Assembly: GCA_017828855.1 (NCBI GenBank)
Contig: JAFZZV010000081.1
Span: 1 to 55,360 of the forward strand
Length of the DNA stretch: 55,360 bases
Reading direction: 5' to 3'
Source: Oscillospiraceae bacterium
GTDB lineage: Bacteria; Bacillota; Clostridia; Oscillospirales; Ruminococcaceae
A program made the translations under genes and the position numbers. The stretch's first letter is position 1. Each line of letters opens with the position of its first letter. The notes beneath the pieces are model-generated. The model worked only from the letters and a program-made list of their open reading frames with translations. It did no database searches and was not told the origin of the DNA. Positions 1 to 7,977 of this stretch are shown in pieces.

Positions 1-1
1 C

Positions 2-343
2 GGATATCTCTATTTCTTCTCGCGTCCGCTTCCCGGTGACGATTCAGGATCATGGCATTCCAGCGACCTGTGGTACATACACGGGACCCTGGACAGATGC
101 TGGCGTCCCTTCACGGAGTATGACTACAAACTGTCGGACACCATGGTCACCTACTGGACCAACTTCTGCAAGAACGGAGATCCCAACGGAGAAGGCCTGC
201 CTGAGTGGCGTCCGTATACGAAAGATGACAGATTCACAATGGTATTCGGCGACGGGTCTATCGGCCAGGGAGAGCCTGAGTTCAACCCGAACCCCGATCC
301 GAACGCTGCCCGCTGGCAGGTCGCTGACAACCCGTGGGTATGA
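2..343 (+). CDS. Type-B carboxylesterase (PnbA-like), C-terminal fragment; the 5' end lies outside the window
   Basis: Frame 2 is open from base 2. The translation ...SWHSSDLWYIHG...TYWTNFCKNGDPNG matches the catalytic-His loop and C-terminal YWxNF..G.PNG motif of type-B carboxylesterases. It parallels the paralog at 52289..53851 (FHSSELWFVF, NYWTNFARCGNPNG). Confidence 0.8.
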   Translation, partial: GYLYFFSRPLPGDDSGSWHSSDLWYIHGTLDRCWRPFTEYDYKLSDTMVTYWTNFCKNGDPNGEGLPEWRPYTKDDRFTMVFGDGSIGQGEPEFNPNPDPNAARWQVADNPWV

Positions 344-398
344 TCCGATCCTGAAAATGCGGGTGTTACTATCGTAATCCGGAAAACACGCTTCTAAG

Positions 399-436
399 GC
401 AAAGAGGGAGAAACAGAACAGTTTCTCCCTCTTTGC
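399..436. terminator. Hairpin between convergent genes (putative bidirectional terminator)
   Basis: Perfect 16-bp inverted repeat gcaaagagggagaaac / gtttctccctctttgc with a 6-nt loop. There is no clear U-tract on either side. Confidence 0.5.
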
Positions 437-455
437 CGTGATTTATCAGTTGTCT

Positions 456-641
456 TCATGCTTTGGGTGTAAGGATCAAGCCCAGTATCAGGCAGACGAT
501 GCACAGTCCCAGTGCTGCAAGTGTATTCCGTTTATCCTGCTTCTTTATTATCCTATAACAGAGCATGCCGAAGAATACTACCGTCCCCATACCTCCGAAC
601 ACGCCCAGCAGCGGTCCGAGCGTTCTGAATATCTCTGTCAT
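456..641 (-). CDS. Small hydrophobic protein (about 61 aa), unknown function
   Basis: The ATG at 641 is preceded by a GGGAGAAAGAA RBS. The protein has two hydrophobic segments (LGPLLGVFGGMGTVVFFGML, LAALGLCIVCLILGLIL). The longer 89-aa ORF start has no RBS. Confidence 0.45.
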   Translation of the reverse strand: MTEIFRTLGPLLGVFGGMGTVVFFGMLCYRIIKKQDKRNTLAALGLCIVCLILGLILTPKA

Positions 642-852
642 TTCTTTCTCCCTTTCTGTGTATTCAAGCAGTTTTGCATTCTGTTTTTTCTTTTTGTGAT
701 TATACCACAACACACATTTCATCACAGATACGTTCGGCTACCTCCACCGTCCCGTATTCGGAAAAAAGGTCAAAATGTTCTCTATGTTTTCCTAACAAAT
801 GATAAAATAGGTATATATACCAGAAGAAATCTCATCGGAAAGGAATCGATAA

Positions 853-2637
853 ATGTCGGATAAGAAAATGATGAGCGGCAATGAAGCTATCGCCCGCGGA
901 GTATGGGAAGCGGGGGTACATGTCGCTGCTGCCTATCCCGGCACTCCCAGCACCGAGATACTGGAAAACATCGGTGCTCTGTATAAGGACGACATCTACT
1001 GCGAGTGGTCGTGCAATGAGAAAGTCGCTTTTGAAGTGGCATCCGGAGCGTCGATCGGCGGAGCCCGCGCTTTCTGCGCTTTCAAGCATGTCGGTATGAA
1101 CGTAGCTACGGACCCGATCTTCTCAATGGGTTACGCAGGAGTCAACGGCGGACTGGTCTTTGTCACTGCAGATGACCCGGGATGCTGGTCTTCACAGAAC
1201 GAGCAGGACAACCGAAATTACGCACCTCATGCAAAGATCGCCATGCTTGAGCCTTCTGATTCTCAGGAATGCCTTGATTACGTCAAGGCTGCGTATGAGC
1301 TCTCTGAGAGATTCGACACTCCTGTCATGATCCGCGTCACCACGCGCGTATGTCACTCCAAGAGCCTCGTGGAAACAGGCTCCCGCGAGAATATCAGCGT
1401 CAGAAAGTACGAGCGCAATACTTCAAAGTTCACGCTCCTGCCGGCCGTGGCCATTGCCAGACACCCTGTCCGCGAGAAGCTCCTGACAGAGCTCGAGGAA
1501 TTCGCTTATGACAGTCCTCTGAACAGAGTCGAGGAGACTGAAGGCGCCACTGTAGGAGTCGTTACCTCCGGCATCTCTTATCAGCATGCCAGAGAAGTAT
1601 TCGGGGACACTGCCTCTTTCCTGAAGCTCGGCATCACCTATCCCCTCTCCAAAAAACTTGTCAGTGAATTCTGTTCAAGATACCAGACGATCTATGTGAT
1701 AGAGGAGAACGATCCTTATCTCGAGACGCAGATTAAGGCTCTCGGCTTTACCAACGTCCACGGCAAGGACCTCATTCCCATTTGCAATGAGCTCAACGCC
1801 GGCATACTGCGCAAGGCTCTGTTTAACGAAGAGCCGGGCGAGACATATCATGTGGAGGCCAAGGCTCCTGCCCGTCCTCCCACGCTCTGCGCAGGATGTC
1901 CGCACCGCGGATTCTTTTTCGCTCTCACCAAGGTCCTGGATCAGGTCGTTCCTGTCGGTGATATCGGCTGTTACGGTCTGGGCTGCCAGGCCCCCTTCAA
2001 CGGTTTTGATTTCTCCCTGTGCATGGGAGCGGGGTTCTCTGCTCTAGTCGGACTCGCGCAGGCACTCAAGCGGCAGGGCGATGCCAGAAAGCCGCTCGGG
2101 ATGCTGGGAGACTCCACATTCTTCCATTCCGGCCTGACATCGTTGATCGATATCGTCTCTTCCGAATCCAACGTCATTGCCTGCGTGATGGACAACTCCA
2201 TAACTGCCATGACCGGTCATCAGGACAATCCCGGGACAGCCAAGAACCTCATGGGCCAGCCTTCCCCGCAGATCGATATAGTAGCGCTGGTCAAAGCCTG
2301 CGGTATCGATGACGATCACCTCCGTGTAGTTGACCCAATAGATATGAAGGCGATGGATGCCGCTCTTCAGGACGGCATCTCTGCAAACGGTCCCTTCGTG
2401 ATCGTGACGAGACGTCCATGCGTTCTGATCAAGGAAGTTGCAAGAGCGAACGGCAGGAGGCATGCGGTCATCGATCCCGAGAAATGCGTGGGATGCAAAC
2501 TGTGCATGAAGGTGGCATGTCCTGCCATCGCTTTCCGGGACGGGCACGCAGTCATCGCCGAAGGCTCGGGATGCACCGGATGCGGGCTGTGCACTCAGCA
2601 GTGCAGGCTCGGCGCTATCAGCATTGTGGAGGCATAA
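853..2637 (+). CDS. iorA: Indolepyruvate:ferredoxin oxidoreductase, alpha subunit
   Basis: 594 aa. The N-terminus MSGNEAIARGVWEAGVHVAAAYPGTPSTEILE is typical of IorA. The TPP-binding region contains GDSTFFHSG. The C-terminus has two CxxCxxC..CP 4Fe-4S motifs (CVGCKLCMKVACP, CTGCGLCTQQC). Confidence 0.92.
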   Translation: MSDKKMMSGNEAIARGVWEAGVHVAAAYPGTPSTEILENIGALYKDDIYCEWSCNEKVAFEVASGASIGGARAFCAFKHVGMNVATDPIFSMGYAGVNGGLVFVTADDPGCWSSQNEQDNRNYAPHAKIAMLEPSDSQECLDYVKAAYELSERFDTPVMIRVTTRVCHSKSLVETGSRENISVRKYERNTSKFTLLPAVAIARHPVREKLLTELEEFAYDSPLNRVEETEGATVGVVTSGISYQHAREVFGDTASFLKLGITYPLSKKLVSEFCSRYQTIYVIEENDPYLETQIKALGFTNVHGKDLIPICNELNAGILRKALFNEEPGETYHVEAKAPARPPTLCAGCPHRGFFFALTKVLDQVVPVGDIGCYGLGCQAPFNGFDFSLCMGAGFSALVGLAQALKRQGDARKPLGMLGDSTFFHSGLTSLIDIVSSESNVIACVMDNSITAMTGHQDNPGTAKNLMGQPSPQIDIVALVKACGIDDDHLRVVDPIDMKAMDAALQDGISANGPFVIVTRRPCVLIKEVARANGRRHAVIDPEKCVGCKLCMKVACPAIAFRDGHAVIAEGSGCTGCGLCTQQCRLGAISIVEA

Positions 2638-2641
2638 GGAA

Positions 2642-3214
2642 ATGACAAAGAGCTTTCTTTTGATAGGCGTAGGCGGTCAGGGCACCATTCTTATCTCCAG
2701 GATCCTTTCCGCCGGATTCGCTGAAATGGGTTATGACGTCAAAATGGCGGAGATCCACGGGATGTCGCAGCGCGGCGGATCCGTCACAACGATGATCCGA
2801 TACGGTGATAACGTGCACTCTCCGAACTTCGGCGATGCCGAAGCCGACGTCATCATCTCCTTTGAGAAATCTGAAGTTCTGCGCGCTCTGCCCCAGCTGA
2901 AGAAGGGCGGTACAGTCATAACAGATTCCTATGAGATATACTCGGTACCTGTTCTTACGGGAGCCAGCGAATATCCCTTTGACGCTTTGGATCAGGTCAG
3001 GGCCGAGGTGCCCAACACAATCGTAATAGAAGCCTTCCGGGAAGCTGAGAAGCTAGGGAACAGCAGATGCCAGAACATAGTTCTGCTCGGCAAGCTGGTC
3101 AGGACGATGGGGCTGGATGAAAAGATCGACTGGAGATCGCTTGTGGCGGCTAACGTTCCCCCTGCGACAGTCGACATAAATCTAAAAGCGTATGATCTCG
3201 GATACAGCATGTGA
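2642..3214 (+). CDS. iorB: Indolepyruvate:ferredoxin oxidoreductase, beta subunit
   Basis: LLIGVGGQGTILISRIL...EIHGMSQRGGSV is the pyruvate/ketoisovalerate oxidoreductase gamma-type fold typical of IorB. The ATG lies 4 nt after the iorA stop. The ORF-track start at 2624 overlaps iorA and is less likely. Confidence 0.88.
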   Translation: MTKSFLLIGVGGQGTILISRILSAGFAEMGYDVKMAEIHGMSQRGGSVTTMIRYGDNVHSPNFGDAEADVIISFEKSEVLRALPQLKKGGTVITDSYEIYSVPVLTGASEYPFDALDQVRAEVPNTIVIEAFREAEKLGNSRCQNIVLLGKLVRTMGLDEKIDWRSLVAANVPPATVDINLKAYDLGYSM

Positions 3215-3226
3215 CGGGGTGGAGAT

Positions 3227-4141
3227 ATGTACAGACATTTTGAAGAGATCGCTGAGGCGGCAAAGAACCTTCCCGAAAAAAGCAGGATGGCTGTTGCCGG
3301 CGCTGCAGACAAAGCCGTTTTGGAATCCGTTCTGGATGCTCTCGACGGCGGTATAGTAACTCCGGTCCTGGTCGGAGAAAAAGAGGATATCAGTGCTCTT
3401 CTCAAAGAGATGGGGCGAGATCCTGAAAGCTTCGAGATCGTCCAGGCCGCTGCAGGAGAAGAGGGACAGAAAGCAGTCGACCTCGTCCGTGACGGCAGAG
3501 CCTCCGTTCTCATGAAAGGAATGATAGAGACCCGCGACCTTCTCAGACCTGTTGTCAATAAAGAAAACGGACTGCGGACCGGATCCGTCATGAGCCATGT
3601 CGGCTTCTTCGACAGAGTCCCCGGCACAGACCACTTCATCATACAGACTGACGGCGGGATGCTTCTTTATCCCACACTTGAAGAGAAAAAGGCCATCATA
3701 GAGAACGCGGTAAGCGCGCTTCACGCGATCGGGATCGAATGCCCTAAGGTCGCGGTGCTTGCCGCTGTAGAGACAGTGAACCCCAAGATGACTGAGACCG
3801 TTGACGCTGAGGCACTCAAAAAGATGAACCGAGACGGTGAGATAACCGGCTGCATCGTGGAAGGACCTATAAGTTACGATCTGGCTATGAGCAAAGAGAT
3901 CGCCGAACACAAGAGATACGACTGCCCTTACTGCGGAGATTTCGATGTTCTCGTAGTGCCGACCATCGCTGCCGGAAACATAATCGGCAAATGCTGGACC
4001 GTGACCTGCAAAGCGCTGCTGGGCGGTATCGTCGTCGGGGCAAAGGCACCTATCGTACTGACTTCCCGCGGTTCCACCGCTGAAGAGAAGTTTTATTCCA
4101 TCGCTGTCGCGGTCCTCGTGGCGGAAGGGAGCCGGAAATGA
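3227..4141 (+). CDS. ptb: Phosphate butyryltransferase-type phosphotransacylase
   Basis: 304 aa with the Ptb-like layout (AVAGAADKAVLESV..., VLMKGMIETRDLLR, TSRGSTAEEKFYSIAVA). It starts 13 nt after the iorB stop. Confidence 0.88.
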   Translation: MYRHFEEIAEAAKNLPEKSRMAVAGAADKAVLESVLDALDGGIVTPVLVGEKEDISALLKEMGRDPESFEIVQAAAGEEGQKAVDLVRDGRASVLMKGMIETRDLLRPVVNKENGLRTGSVMSHVGFFDRVPGTDHFIIQTDGGMLLYPTLEEKKAIIENAVSALHAIGIECPKVAVLAAVETVNPKMTETVDAEALKKMNRDGEITGCIVEGPISYDLAMSKEIAEHKRYDCPYCGDFDVLVVPTIAAGNIIGKCWTVTCKALLGGIVVGAKAPIVLTSRGSTAEEKFYSIAVAVLVAEGSRK

Positions 4142-5220
4142 GCAGGATACTGGTGATAAATCCCGGCAGCAAAAGCACCAAGATCGCCATGTATGAGGAT
4201 CACCTGCAGCTCTGGCAGCAGGATATAGAGCACGATGCCAAGGTCATAGAGAGCTACCCCACAATATACTCACAGCTTGACCTCCGTGCCGGGACAGTCA
4301 TCGAAGCTGTCAGACAGCACGGTGACCGGCTGGAGGATCTGGCCTGCATCATGTCAAGAGGAGGGCTCCTGCCTCCCCTGGCTTCCGGAGCTTATGAAGT
4401 AAATGAAGAGATGCTGGATGTCCTGGAGCACAGGCCCATAAACCACCATGCAAGCAACCTGGGTGCAGCCATAGCTTACAGTCTGGCTGTCCCTCTCGGG
4501 ATCAAGGCTTACATCTACGATCCGGTCACAGTCGATGAAATGATCGACATCGCCCGCATCACAGGACTCAAAGAAATAAAAAGGCATGGTCAGGGACACA
4601 ATCTCAACATGAGGGCTGCTGCACTGAAGTACTGCGGGGAAAACGGTCTGGATTACCGCGCAACGAACCTGATCGTTGCCCACCTCGGAGGAGGCATCAC
4701 GCTGACTCTTCACTCATGCGGACGGATCATAGACATGGTCTCGGACGATGAAGGCCCCTTCTCTTCCGAACGAGTCGGCCTCATACCGGGATACAAACTC
4801 GTAAAGCTTGCCTATATGGACGGACACGATTACGGATCCATGATGAAGCTCATGCAGAGACAGGCCGGGCTTATCTCTCTCATAGGAGAAGGAGACACGA
4901 GAAAAGTAGAAGAGCGGATAAAGAACGGGGACGATGAAGCAAGGCTCGCGTATGAAGCCATGGCGCTGTCGGTATCAAAAGCAATTGCATCGCTGTCAGC
5001 CGTCGTTGACGGAAATGTCGATCAGATAATTCTCACAGGCGGCATTGCCCATTCAGCATACTTCACCGGCATGATAGAAGAACGGGTGAGATTCATTGCT
5101 CCCGTCTGCATCATTCCGGGCGAGAATGAGATGCAGGCACTGGCTGACGGCGCATGCAGGGTGCTGAGCGGGGAGGAGACCGCAAAGCAGTATTCGGAAC
5201 CGGCTGAACGCCCGTTTTGA
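4138..5220 (+). CDS. buk: Butyrate kinase-type acyl kinase
   Basis: 360 aa. The N-terminus RILVINPGSKSTKIA, HASNLGA and ILTGGIAHS are butyrate/acetate-kinase family hallmarks. Its ATG overlaps the ptb stop (ATGA at 4138..4141). Confidence 0.92.
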   Translation: MSRILVINPGSKSTKIAMYEDHLQLWQQDIEHDAKVIESYPTIYSQLDLRAGTVIEAVRQHGDRLEDLACIMSRGGLLPPLASGAYEVNEEMLDVLEHRPINHHASNLGAAIAYSLAVPLGIKAYIYDPVTVDEMIDIARITGLKEIKRHGQGHNLNMRAAALKYCGENGLDYRATNLIVAHLGGGITLTLHSCGRIIDMVSDDEGPFSSERVGLIPGYKLVKLAYMDGHDYGSMMKLMQRQAGLISLIGEGDTRKVEERIKNGDDEARLAYEAMALSVSKAIASLSAVVDGNVDQIILTGGIAHSAYFTGMIEERVRFIAPVCIIPGENEMQALADGACRVLSGEETAKQYSEPAERPF

Positions 5221-5241
5221 GATATGATCGTATTTGACAAG

Positions 5242-5276
5242 CATCCGGCAGGAAATGATCCTGCCGGATGTTTTCT
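5242..5276 (+). terminator. Rho-independent terminator of the ior-ptb-buk operon
   Basis: Stem catccggcagg / cctgccggatg followed by ttttct, 22 nt after the buk stop. Confidence 0.75.
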
Positions 5277-5410
5277 GTATGTCTGTTATCAGGCTGCAGC
5301 CCGCATTCACCTGATGTAACTGAAGAAAGTGTGGCGATGCAGAAAGTCCCGGAAAACTCAGTTTCCGGGGCCTTCTCGGTGATTCTTAATAGGTTTTCAG
5401 ACAGTCTGGA

Positions 5411-6937
5411 TCAGGTGTTATCAGTGTGATCCTTAGGTGCATTCGCGTCTCCGGCGCCTCCGGACAGAGTCCAGTGCCTGTATACGCCTGCTGCATCCTT
5501 GGCTGCGCGGGCTTTCTGAGCTGCTTCCGTATAGAGGCCGTACTCATGAGTCACAAGGCATTCCATGTAACTGGGGTCGGTGTGGGAGTTCCTGGGCAGC
5601 GGCACATCCTGCTCGCCGGCCAGTATGTCCTGAACCTTCTTTACGTCCACGGTATGCGTCGTGCTGCCGTCTTCCACTATGACAGCGGCGGCTACGCCTG
5701 CCGCCTGGCCTGTACCGACGCACTGGGGGATCAGATTCACGTTGTCAATGGCGATCTTGTCCGCCGAGATATGACGTCCGGGAGCCAGGATGTTCTCCAC
5801 CTTCTGAGGCAGTATCGCGCGGTACGGGATCTCAATAGGAGCGTTGTCGTTCAGCGTATCGACAGTGCAGTGCCACGCTATGCAGTCTTCATGCTCCTTC
5901 GGGAAAGCCCAGTCGTTGGAAGAGATGACGTGCTCACCGACTATGCGGTGAGAACCTCTGGTGCCGAGCTGAGGAGCAATATCATAGAGGAAAGCATTCC
6001 TGAAGATATCAGGGCAGGCAGTCCTGTAGTATTCGATGACCTTGCGGATAGCCAGACGGGTCTTCATTTCGGTATCGGTCTGGTCGGCGATCTTGGAGCA
6101 GTCATGTTTCGGCTGCCAGTTATTCATCCAGCTGACATCGTCAGTTGGGCCGTCGATCATTCCTGCACGGAAACCGTGTATCTCTGCGACAGCATTGTTA
6201 AGAACCCTGGATTCTTCCGGATGTTCTGCCATCCATGCGCTGAAGGCTCTCTTGCTGAAACCGCCGATGCGGTATACGAGAGCTGTGGAAGAGCAGCGGC
6301 ACTCGTCGTCGATGGCTGACGATGTCGGCGCTCCGGACTGACGGCAGAGGTCAGCGTCACCGGTAGCATCGATGACCACCTTGGCAAGCACTGCCTGGCG
6401 GCCTTCCTTGCTCTCGAAAATGACGCCCTTGCAGACATTGCCTTCCATGATGGGTTTAGTGCCCCAGCTGTGATACAGAACACGGATGGAATCCTTGTGC
6501 TCGTTGAGCATCACGTCCATCTCGATCTTCATCTGGTTAGGCTCGACCATGAATCCATGCTCGATACGGTCGCGTGTCGCGCCTCCCACATTGCGCCAGT
6601 ATTTTATTAGGAGAGGATCGTTGCTTCCGGTGAGTTCAGCGGGAGGTCCTGCTACAGCACCGGGAATCTTGGAAAGGCGGGTGAACCATTCTTCCTGTAA
6701 ACCGCGGACGAATATCTTGTCGTGGAACGATAGACTGGGGATAAGCAATACGTATCCGCCTGTCACGTCGCCGCCGCAGTATCCGTACCTCTCCATGAGG
6801 ATGATGTTCTTGCATCCCGCACGCGCAGCAGCTATGGCAGCACTATGACCGGCAGCTCCGCCGCCCACTACGAGAACGTCGCATTCATCATATACGGGGA
6901 TAGTTGTCTGAGGCTCTGTATAGGTCTTACCTGTCAT
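5411..6937 (-). CDS. FAD-dependent oxidoreductase (FAD_oxidored-type)
   Basis: 508 aa. The N-terminal dinucleotide-binding motif is DVLVVGGGAAGHSAAIAAARAG...MERYGYCGGD. The RBS is GGAGGTAAAAAAGG-ATG. The substrate cannot be inferred. Confidence 0.8.
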   Translation of the reverse strand: MTGKTYTEPQTTIPVYDECDVLVVGGGAAGHSAAIAAARAGCKNIILMERYGYCGGDVTGGYVLLIPSLSFHDKIFVRGLQEEWFTRLSKIPGAVAGPPAELTGSNDPLLIKYWRNVGGATRDRIEHGFMVEPNQMKIEMDVMLNEHKDSIRVLYHSWGTKPIMEGNVCKGVIFESKEGRQAVLAKVVIDATGDADLCRQSGAPTSSAIDDECRCSSTALVYRIGGFSKRAFSAWMAEHPEESRVLNNAVAEIHGFRAGMIDGPTDDVSWMNNWQPKHDCSKIADQTDTEMKTRLAIRKVIEYYRTACPDIFRNAFLYDIAPQLGTRGSHRIVGEHVISSNDWAFPKEHEDCIAWHCTVDTLNDNAPIEIPYRAILPQKVENILAPGRHISADKIAIDNVNLIPQCVGTGQAAGVAAAVIVEDGSTTHTVDVKKVQDILAGEQDVPLPRNSHTDPSYMECLVTHEYGLYTEAAQKARAAKDAAGVYRHWTLSGGAGDANAPKDHTDNT

Positions 6938-7085
6938 CCTTTTTTACCTCCGGTATGTGTTGATTTGAGATACTTATATTATAAACAAACATACGGGCAA
7001 AATGGAAAGGCTCCTGCCGGATCCTTTCCGATCATATCCGGATATCCATTCGGACTATAATTGATCCGGGGATCCCGTTATGCGA

Positions 7086-7889
7086 TCAGTGACGGTGTCC
7101 CGGACCACCGCCCTTATTGTTGCCGGGGCCGCGATGGCTGCCGGCACTCCCGGGATCCCTTCCGCTTCCGGCCCCGCCCGGCTTTTTCCGCGCATTTGCG
7201 ACACCGGGGCCAAGTCCGCTGATCCTGCCGCGGTTTCCCGGACCGGTCTCCATCATCGGAGCTCTGTATATAGGTGCGGGCTTTCGAATCGTGCGCCTTG
7301 GAGCGACAGGTTTCGGACTGATGTAAGGCCTGAAGTATCTTTTATGCACCGGTACATGAGGTCTGTAACTGATCCGGAACAGTCTTTCCAGCAGCGACGG
7401 CCTTTTATATCTGCGGTAGGATGTGATACGGTTCGCGACAGTGAGTGCGCTTATGACCGCTGCTGCTCCCGCAAGCAGTTTGCCCGCGCCGTCAAAAACA
7501 GATGAAGTAGCTCCCCCCGTGAGGTCGACGTACTGATCCTGCTTGTCCGTGATCGACACTTCCATCCCGTATTCGGTGAACATCTGTGCCACAGTGGTCG
7601 CTTCCTGCGAGGTCAGGTTCTCTCCGACCACCACAGGGACCATGCTAACAAGATTTGAGGATTCTTCATCGGTATACCCGAAGACATCCTCCAGAAGATC
7701 GCCGGCAGTCACCCTGTCGCATGTACCTGTCGATACCAGAACCAGATTGTAGACGTTTGTTGATCTTGCCGCGGAAGACGCCTTGTTCAGAAGGGATATC
7801 GAAGGCGTAGCATTCTGAAGGCGTGATCCGCAGTAAGGACAGAAATTGGTCTGTTCTGTAAGTTCAGCGCCGCAGTTACCGCAATACAT
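7086..7889 (-). CDS. Zinc-ribbon protein with an L7/L12-C-terminal-like domain, one TM segment and a Gly/Pro/Arg-rich tail
   Basis: The ATG at 7889 has a GGAGGAGAAATAAAC RBS. The N-terminus is MYCGNCGAELTEQTNFCPYCG. Residues about 45-115 (VLVSTGTCDRV...LTSQEATTVAQMFTEYGMEVSI) resemble the L7/L12 CTD pattern. A hydrophobic stretch is LLAGAAAVISALTV. The tail is rich in G/P/R. Confidence 0.7.
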   Translation of the reverse strand: MYCGNCGAELTEQTNFCPYCGSRLQNATPSISLLNKASSAARSTNVYNLVLVSTGTCDRVTAGDLLEDVFGYTDEESSNLVSMVPVVVGENLTSQEATTVAQMFTEYGMEVSITDKQDQYVDLTGGATSSVFDGAGKLLAGAAAVISALTVANRITSYRRYKRPSLLERLFRISYRPHVPVHKRYFRPYISPKPVAPRRTIRKPAPIYRAPMMETGPGNRGRISGLGPGVANARKKPGGAGSGRDPGSAGSHRGPGNNKGGGPGHRH

Positions 7890-7977
7890 GTTTATTTCTC
7901 CTCCTACAGTTTTTTTGACGACCATGAATAAAGTATATATCAGATAACATACCGGAATAGACAAAGGCACTGAAGAA

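Noticed and set aside
7080-7505. 141-aa plus-strand ORF (and the one at 7117..7326) opposite the Gly/Pro/Arg-rich tail of the zinc-ribbon protein
   Set aside because: It is an artefact of the GC-rich, low-complexity coding sequence on the other strand. It has no RBS and no motif.
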